Assembly: GCA_029210645.1 (NCBI GenBank)
Contig: JARGFT010000001.1
Location: 235,595 to 299,594, forward strand
Length of the DNA: 64,000 nucleotides
Reading direction: 5' to 3'
From: Anaerosomatales bacterium
GTDB taxonomy: Bacteria; Actinomycetota; Coriobacteriia; Anaerosomatales; SLCP01
The position numbers and the translations under genes are program-made. Each line of letters starts with the position of its first letter. Within the stretch, counting starts at the first letter, position 1. The notes under the pieces are model-generated. The model searched no databases and was not told the DNA's origin. It worked only from the letters and a program-made list of their open reading frames with translations. Shown one piece after another: positions 26,325 through 36,393 of the stretch.

Positions 26325-27353
26325 ATGCTTGTAGTGATGCGGGACCACGCGTCCCGAAGCGATATCAGTCATGTGGTCGAGGTCCTCGAGGGAGCAGGCG
26401 CACAGGCGCACCTGTCACAGGGCGAGGTCAAGACCATCATAGGTGTCATCGGAGACCGGGAGACGATCTATAGTCTGGAGCTCGAGGGACTCCCCGGCGT
26501 CGAGAGCATTGTCAGGGTACTCAAGCCTTACAAGCTTGTAAGCAGGGAGTTTCAGCCCGAGGACACCGTCGTCACGCTTTCCCAAGGCTCGTCGATCGGC
26601 GGGGGAGCGTTCGCCGCGATCGCCGGCCCGTGCTCCGTGGAGTCGCCCGAGCAGATGACCACCGTGGCCCGGGCCGTCAGCGGATCGGGGGCGGCGATGT
26701 TGCGCGGCGGCGCCTACAAACCCCGAACGAGTCCGTACGCGTTCCAGGGCCTCGGCGTCGACGGCCTGCGGATGATGCGCGAGGCGGCCGACGAGTTCGG
26801 TCTCCCGGTGGTCACCGAGGTCCTCGACGTGCGGGATGCACAGACCGTTGCCGAGTGGGCCGACGTCCTCCAGGTCGGAGCGCGCAACATGCAGAACTTC
26901 ATGATGCTCGACGAGCTGGGAAAGATGGGCAAGCCCGTCCTGCTCAAGCGCGGGCTCTCCGCGACTATCGAGGAGGTTCTCTCGGCTGCCGAATACGTGC
27001 TCAAAGGGGGCAACCGCGACCTCATCCTCTGCGAGCGGGGTATCCGGACGTTCGAGACGTACACGCGCAATACTCTCGATCTTGCGGCGGTCGCCGCGCT
27101 GAAGTCGCTGACCCACCTCCCGATCATTGTCGATCCCTCGCATGCGACCGGAAGACGGGAACTCGTCGCTCCCATGGCGAAGGCCGCTGTGGTAGCCGGT
27201 GCCGATGGCATCATGGTCGAGGTGCACCCCGACCCGGAGCGCGCCCGGTGTGACGGCCCGCAATCGCTCGACATGCCGGGATTCGAGGATCTCATGAGAG
27301 GGCTTGTCCCGCTCATGGATCTTTCCGGCAAACACTCGGGGGCAGCCTCATGA
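26325..27353 (+). CDS. aroF: DAHP synthase, type I-beta with N-terminal regulatory domain
   Basis: IAGPCSVES, GGAYKPRTSPY, GARNMQNF, CERGIRTF, DPSH. Confidence 0.94.
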   Translation: MLVVMRDHASRSDISHVVEVLEGAGAQAHLSQGEVKTIIGVIGDRETIYSLELEGLPGVESIVRVLKPYKLVSREFQPEDTVVTLSQGSSIGGGAFAAIAGPCSVESPEQMTTVARAVSGSGAAMLRGGAYKPRTSPYAFQGLGVDGLRMMREAADEFGLPVVTEVLDVRDAQTVAEWADVLQVGARNMQNFMMLDELGKMGKPVLLKRGLSATIEEVLSAAEYVLKGGNRDLILCERGIRTFETYTRNTLDLAAVAALKSLTHLPIIVDPSHATGRRELVAPMAKAAVVAGADGIMVEVHPDPERARCDGPQSLDMPGFEDLMRGLVPLMDLSGKHSGAAS

Positions 27354-28474
27354 GATTCGAGTCAGTCGCCATCGTCGGCGTCGGCCTCATCGGCGGCTCG
27401 TTTGCCGCTGCACTCAAGGAGCTGCCCGATGCCCCACGGGTGGTGGGCATCGATGTGGATCCGGTCGGGTTGGAGGCGGCTCGCGCGCGCGGGCTGATCG
27501 ATTCCGGATCGCTTGCCGGTGGCCTCGGTGCCCAGGAGTGGCTCGGACCCGAGGGAGTCGACCTGGTCGTACTGGCAACCCCGGCCCATCACGTGGTGTC
27601 GTGGATCGAGAGTCTGGCCTGCCTCGGGTATCGGGGTGTCGTCACCGACGTTGCCTCGACGAAGGCGGGGGTGATCTCGGCTGCGGAGTCGTGGCTGACC
27701 GGTCGCGCAGCATTCGTCGGTGGACACCCGATGGCCGGATCGGAACGCAGCGGTGTGGACGCCGCCAACGCCGACCTGTTCCGTGGCGCGTACTACGTTC
27801 TGACGCCGAGTCACTCGACAGACGTCGACGCGTATCGGCGCGTCCACGCACTCGTCAGTGAGTTCGGTTGCCGTGTCGTGTCCGTGGACCCGACAGAGCA
27901 CGATGAGGTTGTAGCCATCGTCAGCCACGTGCCGCACGTCGCGGCGAGTGCGCTCGTCGATCTCGCCGCCGATCACTCGGGAAAGGACGGCGAGCTTCTC
28001 CGGCTCGCGGCCGGTGGCTTCAAGGACACAACGCGTATCGCCGCGGGAAGCCCTGACCTGTGGACTGGGATCTGCCTGGACAATGCGGATGCGGTTGCAG
28101 GCGGTGTCGAGGAGCTGCGCGACGTCCTCGGACAGTTCTGCGACATGTTGCGTGTTCGGGATGTTGAGGGGCTGCGCGCGTGGCTCGCCCGCGCCGCCGA
28201 GATTCGTCGCTCGCTGCCGGCCCAGTGGGTCCCCGCCACGACGCGCCTCACGGAGATCGTGGTTCCCGTGCTCGACCGGCCCGGCGTCGTCGCCGAGGTA
28301 ACGATGGCGGCAAGTCGTGCGGGCTGCAACATAGAAGCGATCGAGATCGACCACGTCTCCGAGGCGAGCGCCCACCTCGTTATCGTGATGACGGACGAGG
28401 GAGACATCACCCGTTTCCTGGAGATGCTACGCTCGACCGGGTATGCGCCGGAGGCGCGCCCGCTCGAGAGCTGA
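27350..28474 (+). CDS. tyrA: Prephenate dehydrogenase with C-terminal ACT domain
   Basis: GVGLIGGS, DVASTK, GGHPMAGSE, SHVPH, DTTRIA; ACT motif DRPGVVAEV. Confidence 0.93.
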   Translation: MRFESVAIVGVGLIGGSFAAALKELPDAPRVVGIDVDPVGLEAARARGLIDSGSLAGGLGAQEWLGPEGVDLVVLATPAHHVVSWIESLACLGYRGVVTDVASTKAGVISAAESWLTGRAAFVGGHPMAGSERSGVDAANADLFRGAYYVLTPSHSTDVDAYRRVHALVSEFGCRVVSVDPTEHDEVVAIVSHVPHVAASALVDLAADHSGKDGELLRLAAGGFKDTTRIAAGSPDLWTGICLDNADAVAGGVEELRDVLGQFCDMLRVRDVEGLRAWLARAAEIRRSLPAQWVPATTRLTEIVVPVLDRPGVVAEVTMAASRAGCNIEAIEIDHVSEASAHLVIVMTDEGDITRFLEMLRSTGYAPEARPLES

Positions 28475-28490
28475 GAAGGGACGACGGTTC

Positions 28491-29801
28491 ATGCAGTATG
28501 TCTCGACGACACCCGACAGGCCGCTTGCAGGAGAGCTTGCAGTCCCCGGTGACAAGTCCCTCTCGCATCGGGCGGTTCTTTTCGCTGCGATGGCCGAGGG
28601 GACGTCACGTCTTGTCGGCGTTCTGGACAGCGAGGACGTTCGTGCCAGTATCGGGGCGGTCCGCGCGCTCGGTGCGAGCGTCGATCTCGTGACTGCCAAC
28701 GACAGGGGCCTCGAGCTCGTCGTCACCGGCTGGGGCGGGGAGGGTCCACACGCCCCGGACGAGGCCATCGACTGCGGCAACAGCGGCACGACCGCGCGCT
28801 TGCTCCTCGGTGTTCTGGCGGGATGGGAGACCGGGGCCACTCTCGTCGGAGATGCGTCCCTCTCGAAGCGTCCGATGGGACGTGTGACGGACCCGCTCGC
28901 GAGTATGGGGGCATCATTCGAGTCACTCACGGGCACGCTTCCGATAACAGTGCGCGGTGGGGGACTGAAGGGCGTCGACTACGTCACCCCTGTCGCCAGT
29001 GCGCAGGTCAAGAGCGCCATACTCCTGGCGGGACTCCAGGCAGCGGGCAGAACGACCGTCCGTGAGCCCGCCTCGTCGCGTGACCACACCGAGCTGCTGT
29101 TGCCTGCGTTCGGGGTGCCGGTCGGCCGCGACCGCACCACCCGCGCGGCGTGGGTTGACGGACCTGTGGTCATGAAGGCCTCCGACATCACCGTACCCGG
29201 CGATCCGTCCTCGGCAGCGTTCATGGTCGTGGCCGGTCTGCTCGTGTCCGGCAGTCGCATCACCGTCACAGGTGTCGGGCTGAACCCGACGAGGATCGCG
29301 TATCTCGACGTCCTCGACAGGATGGGCGCGGGAATCACGATCGAGCCGTCCGAGGTCGCGGGTGCCGAGCCGGTCGGATCGGTGCACGTCGGGTATACCC
29401 TGGGACTTCGGGCGGCAGTGGTACGCGCCGCGGAGGTCCCGGCGCTCGTGGATGAGATCCCGGTGCTCGCGCTGCTGGCAACGCAGGCAGCAGGTGAAAC
29501 CCGCTTCGAGGACGTGGGGGAGCTGCGCGTGAAAGAGTCGGACCGTCTCGCAGCGGTGGTGGAGGGGCTGACACTGCTCGGTGCCTCCGCGCGCACCGAG
29601 GGCGACACCCTGGTGGTGCAGGGCCCATCCGAGCTGCGCGGAACCGGACTCGACAGCCACGGCGACCACCGCCTGGCGATGACGTGGGCGCTTGCCGGGC
29701 TTGCCGCCGATGGCCCGGTGACCGTCGCCGGATTCGAGGCGGTCGACGTCTCGTATCCGTCGTTTGCCGCCGATCTCGCAGCTCTCAGTGCCAGCGGTTG
29801 A
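28491..29801 (+). CDS. aroA: 3-phosphoshikimate 1-carboxyvinyltransferase
   Basis: ATG 28491; PGDKSLSHR, CGNSGTT, SAQVKSA, ELRVKESDR, DHRLAM. Confidence 0.95.
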   Translation: MQYVSTTPDRPLAGELAVPGDKSLSHRAVLFAAMAEGTSRLVGVLDSEDVRASIGAVRALGASVDLVTANDRGLELVVTGWGGEGPHAPDEAIDCGNSGTTARLLLGVLAGWETGATLVGDASLSKRPMGRVTDPLASMGASFESLTGTLPITVRGGGLKGVDYVTPVASAQVKSAILLAGLQAAGRTTVREPASSRDHTELLLPAFGVPVGRDRTTRAAWVDGPVVMKASDITVPGDPSSAAFMVVAGLLVSGSRITVTGVGLNPTRIAYLDVLDRMGAGITIEPSEVAGAEPVGSVHVGYTLGLRAAVVRAAEVPALVDEIPVLALLATQAAGETRFEDVGELRVKESDRLAAVVEGLTLLGASARTEGDTLVVQGPSELRGTGLDSHGDHRLAMTWALAGLAADGPVTVAGFEAVDVSYPSFAADLAALSASG

Positions 29802-29867
29802 TCGCCGTCCCCGTGCTATGATGCGGCGCGCATATCCACGACTACGACAGAGAGGAACCGGGGAATC

Positions 29868-30542
29868 GTGATAGTCGCTATCGACGGTCCTGCTGCCTCG
29901 GGAAAGTCCACCGTAGCCAAGGCGCTTGCACGCAGGATCGGCGCTCACTACCTCGACACCGGTGCGATGTACCGTGCGGTGGCGCTGGCCGCCCTGAAAC
30001 GCGGCATTTCTCTTGCCGACGAACACTCCATCGCGCGGCTCGCTCACGAGCTGACCATCGAGTTCGTGCATGCTGGAGACTCGCCGGTCCCCACCGCCGT
30101 TCTGCTCGAGGGGGAGGATGTCACAACGGCCATCCGCACACCCTCGGTCGACGACGCAGTAAGTGCCGTCGCGCGCATGGGGCAAGTCCGCGCCGCCCTG
30201 GTCAAGCAGCAACGGCGTATCGCGGCACGGGCGTCCTCCATCGTACTCGAAGGCCGCGACATCGGAACGGTCGTCTTCCCCGACGCCGAGGTGAAGGTGT
30301 TCCTGACGGCATCTCCCGCCGAGCGGGCCCGTCGCCGGCACGTGGAGATGACCGGGCGCGGACACGAGGTGGAGGAGGGAGAGGTACTCGACAACCTGCA
30401 GCGCAGGGACGATGCAGACTCGACCCGTGAGGCGGCCCCGCTGGTGGCGGCCGACGATGCCGTACTTCTCGACACGACTGGACTCTCCATCGACCAGGTG
30501 GTGGATTCGGTAGCTGCTCTGGTGGAGCGGGTAACGACGTGA
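29868..30542 (+). CDS. cmk: Cytidylate kinase
   Basis: IDGPAASGKST, DTGAMYR, EGRDIGTVVFP. Confidence 0.96.
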   Translation: MIVAIDGPAASGKSTVAKALARRIGAHYLDTGAMYRAVALAALKRGISLADEHSIARLAHELTIEFVHAGDSPVPTAVLLEGEDVTTAIRTPSVDDAVSAVARMGQVRAALVKQQRRIAARASSIVLEGRDIGTVVFPDAEVKVFLTASPAERARRRHVEMTGRGHEVEEGEVLDNLQRRDDADSTREAAPLVAADDAVLLDTTGLSIDQVVDSVAALVERVTT

Positions 30543-31171
30543 GCATGAGACTCGCACGCACACTCAGGGCGACGCTTGCACACGTACTGCTCGCCGCGTA
30601 CCGCACCCGGTCCACGGGTGCGCAGAACGTGCCGCCCGGTGGAGCGATCCTTGCAGGGAATCATGCCTCCTACCTCGATCCGATACTCCTGTGGTGCAAC
30701 GCTCCGCGGCCGGTTCACTTCATGGCCAAGGTGGAGCTATGGAACTCGCGCGTCATTGGCGGGGCCCTCGATCGCCTGTGGGCGTTTCCGGTTCACCGGG
30801 GTGCTCCCGACCGGGCGGCCGTGACCACCGCCACCGAACTGCTCTCCTCGGGCAAGCTCGTCGGGATCTTTCCCGAGGGTACCCGCCACCGCACTGAGGG
30901 CCCGGACCTACTGGGTACGGCGAACGCAGGTGCGGCCTTCCTCGCCATGCGCGCCGGTGTGCCGGTTGTTCCGGTCGGGATACACGGTACGGCAGAGGCA
31001 CTGCCGAGAGGCGCCCGCATGCCGCGTTTCCCCCGCGTCGCGATACGCTACGGTCAGCCGGTGTATCCCGAGGAGTTCGCGGAGGGCGGGCGGAAGGAGC
31101 GTGTCGAGGCGATGACCACCGAGATCATGCGTCGGATCGCTCTAGCCATGCAACAGGCGAGAGAGGCGTAG
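30539..31171 (+). CDS. plsC: 1-acyl-sn-glycerol-3-phosphate acyltransferase
   Basis: NHASYLD, FMAK.EL, FPEGTR. Confidence 0.88.
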   Translation: MSMRLARTLRATLAHVLLAAYRTRSTGAQNVPPGGAILAGNHASYLDPILLWCNAPRPVHFMAKVELWNSRVIGGALDRLWAFPVHRGAPDRAAVTTATELLSSGKLVGIFPEGTRHRTEGPDLLGTANAGAAFLAMRAGVPVVPVGIHGTAEALPRGARMPRFPRVAIRYGQPVYPEEFAEGGRKERVEAMTTEIMRRIALAMQQAREA

Positions 31172-31173
31172 AG

Positions 31174-32007
31174 ATGCAGGTACGGGTCGCCCGTCACGCA
31201 GGCGTGTGTTACGGAGTCGAGCGTGCTCTCGAACTCGCGGAAGAGGCCGCAGGCAGTGGCAGCACCGTCCGTACCCTCGGCCCGCTCATCCACAACCCGC
31301 AAGCGGTGGCTGCCCTCAAGGAGCGCGGTGTCGAGGTGGCCGGGTGCCTCGAGAAGGTCGCAGGCGGTACGCTCGTCATACGCTCCCACGGCGTGGACCC
31401 TGCGATCATCGAGTCGGCTCGCGAGAAGGGCCTCGACGTCGTGGATGCGACGTGCCCGTTTGTGAGCAAGGCGCACGACGCCGCGCGCGAGCTGAAGGCC
31501 GATGGCTACCTCGTGGTGATCGTCGGCGAGGCAGACCATCCCGAGGTCGAGGGGATCAGCGCGCATGCGGGTGGAGACGCGATGATCGTCCAGACACCCG
31601 ACGAACTGCCCGAGCGCTTCTCGAACCGGCGTATCGGCATAGTCGTGCAGACCACGCAATCCGCCGACCGTCTTGCTGCAGTGGTGCAGGCGGTTCTCCC
31701 GCGCGTCGCCGAGCTGAGGGTATTCAACACGATCTGCTCCGCTACTGCTAAGAGGCAGCTTTCCGCCGAGGAGCTTGCCCGCGAGGTCGACGTGATGGTG
31801 GTCGTCGGCGGTCACAACTCGGGCAACACCAACCGTCTTGCGGAGATCTGCCTGCGCGCGAACCCGCGTACCTACCACGTCGAGACCTCTGACGAGCTCG
31901 ATGCCGGCTGGTTCTCAGGTGCACAGGTGGTCGGGGTGACGGCTGGCGCGTCGACCCCCGACGCGCAGATGGCGGGTGTGGTCGCCGCCATCGAGTCACT
32001 CGGCTGA
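31174..32007 (+). CDS. ispH: 4-hydroxy-3-methylbut-2-enyl diphosphate reductase
   Basis: GVCYGV, DATCPFV, HPEV, NTICSAT, SGNT, TAGASTP. Confidence 0.95.
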   Translation: MQVRVARHAGVCYGVERALELAEEAAGSGSTVRTLGPLIHNPQAVAALKERGVEVAGCLEKVAGGTLVIRSHGVDPAIIESAREKGLDVVDATCPFVSKAHDAARELKADGYLVVIVGEADHPEVEGISAHAGGDAMIVQTPDELPERFSNRRIGIVVQTTQSADRLAAVVQAVLPRVAELRVFNTICSATAKRQLSAEELAREVDVMVVVGGHNSGNTNRLAEICLRANPRTYHVETSDELDAGWFSGAQVVGVTAGASTPDAQMAGVVAAIESLG

Positions 32008-32009
32008 AG

Positions 32010-33344
32010 ATGCCCGGCATACCTACATACGGCAGCGGGTCGATCGAATCTGGCGCCGGCTCGAGGATCGAGGACGTGGAACCGGGCACTCCGGCGGCAC
32101 GTGCCGGACTCGCCGCCGGACTCACCGTCGTCCGGGCCAACGGGAGATCGTTGCGAGACGTCATCGACTGGCGGTGGGAGAGTGACGGTACATCGGTAGA
32201 CCTTGAGATCTCCGATAGCGAGGGGACGCACGATGTCCGCTTGGAGCGCAACGCGGGCGAGGCATGGGGCTTCACGTTTGCCGGGGTCCTCTTCGACGGA
32301 GTCCGTACCTGTCGCAACTCGTGCACGTTCTGCTTCATGAGCCAGCTACCGCGCGGATTGCGGCGCGCCCTCTACGTGCGCGACGACGACTACCGGCTCT
32401 CGTTTCTTCAGGGCAACTTCGTGACGTTGACGAACCTGACCCCTGCCGATGTTGACCGCATCGTGGAGCAACATCTCTCTCCACTCTACGTGTCGCTGCA
32501 TGCGGTGACGCCGGAGGTGCGTGCGACGCTCGTATGCGCGCGCGAGGACCGTGCGCCGGACGTGATCGATGAACTGCTCTCCGAGGGCATCGAGTTACAC
32601 GTGCAGATCGTGCTCGTCCCGGGCGTGAACGACGGCGATGAGCTTGAGACGTCGCTGAGGTGGCTGGCCGCGCGCGACGGCGTTCGATCGGTCGGCATCG
32701 TGCCCCTCGGGTTCACGCGCCATCAGCAGCGATTCACTACCTCGTACGGGGCCGTGTCGGCGGCACGGGCAGTGCTCGACCAGCTCGAGCCGTGGCAGGC
32801 CGCCTTCCGGCGGCGTGACCGAATCAGCTGGGTCCACGCGGCAGACGAGTTCTACCTCAACGCCGGGCGGCCCGTGCCGCCGTCCGGGTCATACGACGGC
32901 TTTCCCCAGTACGAGAATGGCATCGGACTGCTGCGAGACTTCGAGGACGAGCTCGTCGGCGAGCTCCGCGACCGGGCGTCCGCGCCAGCCGCAGGACCCG
33001 TGAACGACATCCGCACCACGGTGGTCACGGGCACGCTCTTCGCGCCTGCCCTACGCACACTTCTGCACGCACAAGGACTGGATCGACGCGTTGACGTGCT
33101 CGCGGTCGACAACCACTTCTTCGGAGGCAACGTCTCTGTCTCCGGACTGCTGACCGGAGAGGATGTCGTGAACGCGCTCGCGACACACGAGGGTAGCGCG
33201 AGATTCATCATGCCCCGGATCATCTTCAACGATGATGGTCTGACCCTCGACGACGTTTCCGAAGCAGGGATACGCGCCTCCTGCTCTGCGCCTGTCGACT
33301 TCGTCCACCCCAGCGCGCGTGCCCTGCTCTCTGCTATCCTCTAA
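32010..33344 (+). CDS. DUF512 family radical-SAM-like protein with N-terminal PDZ-like domain
   Basis: CRNSCTFC, DDDYRLSFLQGNFVTLTN, PGVNDG, QYENGIG, N.FFGG.V.VSGLL; directly upstream of der. Confidence 0.85.
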   Translation: MPGIPTYGSGSIESGAGSRIEDVEPGTPAARAGLAAGLTVVRANGRSLRDVIDWRWESDGTSVDLEISDSEGTHDVRLERNAGEAWGFTFAGVLFDGVRTCRNSCTFCFMSQLPRGLRRALYVRDDDYRLSFLQGNFVTLTNLTPADVDRIVEQHLSPLYVSLHAVTPEVRATLVCAREDRAPDVIDELLSEGIELHVQIVLVPGVNDGDELETSLRWLAARDGVRSVGIVPLGFTRHQQRFTTSYGAVSAARAVLDQLEPWQAAFRRRDRISWVHAADEFYLNAGRPVPPSGSYDGFPQYENGIGLLRDFEDELVGELRDRASAPAAGPVNDIRTTVVTGTLFAPALRTLLHAQGLDRRVDVLAVDNHFFGGNVSVSGLLTGEDVVNALATHEGSARFIMPRIIFNDDGLTLDDVSEAGIRASCSAPVDFVHPSARALLSAIL

Positions 33345-33396
33345 CGCTGCAGGACGGCACGCTCCGTGTGCCGGTCTCCCTTCCGTAGGAGCATCG

Positions 33397-34704
33397 ATGC
33401 CACTCCCCATCGTCGCCGTGGTCGGCCGCCCGAATGTCGGCAAGTCCACCCTCGTCAACCGTATCGCTCAGACAGCGGACGCCATCGTGCACGAGGCACG
33501 CGGGGTCACCCGCGACCGCAGCTACCACCGTGCGGAGTGGAACGGCCGGGAGTTCATGCTGATCGACACGGGCGGCATCGAGACCGCCAAGGACGATCCC
33601 TTCGCCGAGTCGATCACCGCACAAGCGCTGGTGGCGACCGAGGAGGCCGACGTCGTCATCGTGCTCGTCGACGGGACAACGGGAGTCACTGCCGGTGACG
33701 AGGAGGTCGCGCGCAAGCTGAAGCGGGCGCGCATCCCGGTCTTTCTCGCCGTCAACAAGATGGACACCCCCGGGCGCGACGACGCGGTACACGAGTTCTG
33801 GGCTCTCGGCCTTGGCGACCCGTGGCCGGTATCGGCGACCCACGGCCACGGTACGGGAGATCTGCTCGACGAGATCGTCGGTTCTCTGCCCGAACCGCGC
33901 CCGGTCGTGGAGTCCGATGCGATCGACATCGCCATCATCGGCAAGCCGAACGCAGGAAAATCATCGCTTCTCAACCGGCTGACCGGTACTGAGCGGGCGA
34001 TAGTCAGCGAGGTCGCCGGTACCACACGGGACGCCCTGGATGTCGTGGTGGAACGGGACGGGCGCACGTATCGCTTCATCGATACGGCGGGTATCAGACG
34101 CAAGGCGAAGATCGACGCGGATGTCGAGTACTACGGGTTCGTGCGCGCGATGCGCGCGATCGACAACGCCGAGGTGGCCCTGCTGGTCATCGACTCAACG
34201 CTCGGCGTGACCGATCAGGACCAGCGCGTGGCCCGATTCGCCGAGGAGCGCGGATGCGGACTCGTCATCCTGCTGAACAAGTGGGACCTGATCGACGATG
34301 CCGAGCAGCGCGAAGAGCTCTCGTACCAGATCGAAGAACGCCTCGGTTTCGTCTCGTACGCCCCGGTCATCCGCATCAGCGCACTCACCGGGGCCAAGGT
34401 CCATCGGATCTACGCGTCACTCGATACCGTCTGGCGCAACTACACCCAGGAGATCACTACCAGTGCCCTCAACCGGATGCTGACGGAGATGCGGGACTTC
34501 GGTCACACGGTGAGCAAGGGGGCCCGCACGCTTCGGGTGCACTACGTGACGCAGACGCGCACCAAGCCCCCCGGTTTCACCTTCTTCGCAAACCACCCGA
34601 CGCTCGCCGACGACAACTTCAAGCGCTACGTGGAGAACCGCATGCGTGAGGCATTCGACTTCACCGGCACGCCGATCATGCTGAAGTTCAGACAGAAGGA
34701 CTGA
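33397..34704 (+). CDS. der: Ribosome biogenesis GTPase Der (EngA)
   Basis: ATG 33397 after AGGAG; two GTPase domains (GRPNVGKS/DTGG and GKPNAGKS/DTAG). Confidence 0.96.
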   Translation: MPLPIVAVVGRPNVGKSTLVNRIAQTADAIVHEARGVTRDRSYHRAEWNGREFMLIDTGGIETAKDDPFAESITAQALVATEEADVVIVLVDGTTGVTAGDEEVARKLKRARIPVFLAVNKMDTPGRDDAVHEFWALGLGDPWPVSATHGHGTGDLLDEIVGSLPEPRPVVESDAIDIAIIGKPNAGKSSLLNRLTGTERAIVSEVAGTTRDALDVVVERDGRTYRFIDTAGIRRKAKIDADVEYYGFVRAMRAIDNAEVALLVIDSTLGVTDQDQRVARFAEERGCGLVILLNKWDLIDDAEQREELSYQIEERLGFVSYAPVIRISALTGAKVHRIYASLDTVWRNYTQEITTSALNRMLTEMRDFGHTVSKGARTLRVHYVTQTRTKPPGFTFFANHPTLADDNFKRYVENRMREAFDFTGTPIMLKFRQKD

Positions 34705-34706
34705 GT

Positions 34707-35366
34707 ATGGAGACCGCGTTGCGGATCGCCGTGGTCCTGCTCGTCTCGTACTTCATCGGAGCGATTCCCTTCTCCGTGATCGTCGGCCGCACCTTCTACA
34801 AGGTCGACGTGCGCGAACACGGTTCGGGAAACGCCGGGGCCACCAACGTCATGCGAGTCCTCGGCTGGCAGGCGGGTGTGGCCGTCCTTCTCCTGGATGC
34901 ATTGAAGGGGGTCGCTGCGGTTCTGTTCGCCATGTGGGTGCACCCGTCACACCTCGGCAGCACGGCGCACGACTGGGTGTTGATCGGCGCGTCGTTTGCG
35001 GCGGTTCTCGGACACTCCTACTCGCCGTACCTTCGCTTCGCCGGCGGCAAGGGCGTGGCCACCGCCGCGGGAGCCCTCCTCGTCGTGATGCCTGCCGCTT
35101 GGCCGATCCTCTTCGTCACGTTCGCGGCGGTGGTGGCGATCTGGCGCATGGTGAGCCTCGGGTCGGTGGTCATCGCGACCCTCTTTCCCGTTCTGGTCCT
35201 GTTCTTCTACGCGGACCGCCCTGCGTTGATAACGTTCTCCCTCGTCGCGGCGAGTCTCGTCCTATGGCGCCACCGCTCCAACATCGCACGCATCGCGCGA
35301 AGGGAAGAAGCTAAGATAAGCTGGAGTCGTGGCCGATCCGCAACGCACAAGGAGGACGCTCGTTGA
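34707..35366 (+). CDS. plsY: Glycerol-3-phosphate 1-O-acyltransferase
   Basis: GSGNAGATN, GGKGVAT, HRSNI.R. Confidence 0.95.
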   Translation: METALRIAVVLLVSYFIGAIPFSVIVGRTFYKVDVREHGSGNAGATNVMRVLGWQAGVAVLLLDALKGVAAVLFAMWVHPSHLGSTAHDWVLIGASFAAVLGHSYSPYLRFAGGKGVATAAGALLVVMPAAWPILFVTFAAVVAIWRMVSLGSVVIATLFPVLVLFFYADRPALITFSLVAASLVLWRHRSNIARIARREEAKISWSRGRSATHKEDAR

Positions 35367-36382
35367 GAAGGGCAGCAGTCATCGGCGCCGGATCGTGGGG
35401 AACAGCGGTCGCGAGCGTTCTCGGCGGCAAGGGGATACCGACCGTGCTCTGGGCGAGAAGCGCAGAGGTTGCCGAGTGCATCTCGGCCGAAGGTCGCAAC
35501 CCTCGTTACCTGACCGACGTGACACTGCCGTCCGCGGTGTCCGCGACCACCGATCTCGAAGAAGCGGTCCGCGGTGTCGACGTCATCATTCTTGCCACAC
35601 CCTCGCAGGCCGTGCGAGCTGCTGCCGAGTCTCTCCGGCCCTTCTGGAACGGTGAGGCGCCCGTCGTCAGCCTGGCGAAGGGATTGGAGCGCGGCTCGCT
35701 ACTTCGGATGACCGAGGTGCTTGCCGAGGTTCTCGGAACGCACACGCGGCTTGCAGCTCTCTCGGGCCCCAACCACGCCGAGGAGGTGTCGCGGGCCATC
35801 CCAACGGCAACGGTGATCGCTGCCTACGACGAGGGTGTGGGAGTCGCTCTGCGTGAGTTGTTCAGGACGCCAGCGTTCCGTCCCTACACCAACGGCGACG
35901 TTGTCGGCGTCGAACTCGCTGCCGCATCCAAGAACGTCATCGCCGTGGCAGCCGGCATGTCCGACGGCCTCGGATTCGGAGACAACACCAAGGCCGCCCT
36001 CATGACCCGTGGGCTGGCAGAGATGTCCCGTTTAGGACTGCGTGAAGGCGCGAATCCTCTCACGTACATGGGGCTTGCGGGCATGGGCGATCTTATCGCG
36101 ACGTGTACCTCGCGCCACAGCCGCAACCGCGCTCTCGGTGAGTGCATCGCCCGGGGCGGCAGCGTGGAGCAGTACGAGACGGAGACCCACATGGTCGCCG
36201 AGGGTGCAGTGTCGTGCCTGACCGTCGACGAGCTCGGCGCGCGCGACGGTCTCGAGATGCCCATCACGCACCAGGTGCGAGTGGTCGTTCATGACGGCGC
36301 CCCCGCAGGTGACGGGGTGGAGGCACTCATGGGACGCGAGTCGACCGATGAGTTCCACGGGATGGACCTGACCGACGAGTAG
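35363..36382 (+). CDS. gpsA: NAD(P)H-dependent glycerol-3-phosphate dehydrogenase
   Basis: GAGSWGTA, SGPNHAEEV, KNVIA, GDLIATC.S..SRN. Confidence 0.95.
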   Translation: MRRAAVIGAGSWGTAVASVLGGKGIPTVLWARSAEVAECISAEGRNPRYLTDVTLPSAVSATTDLEEAVRGVDVIILATPSQAVRAAAESLRPFWNGEAPVVSLAKGLERGSLLRMTEVLAEVLGTHTRLAALSGPNHAEEVSRAIPTATVIAAYDEGVGVALRELFRTPAFRPYTNGDVVGVELAAASKNVIAVAAGMSDGLGFGDNTKAALMTRGLAEMSRLGLREGANPLTYMGLAGMGDLIATCTSRHSRNRALGECIARGGSVEQYETETHMVAEGAVSCLTVDELGARDGLEMPITHQVRVVVHDGAPAGDGVEALMGRESTDEFHGMDLTDE

Positions 36383-36393
36383 GGGGCCCGTTT

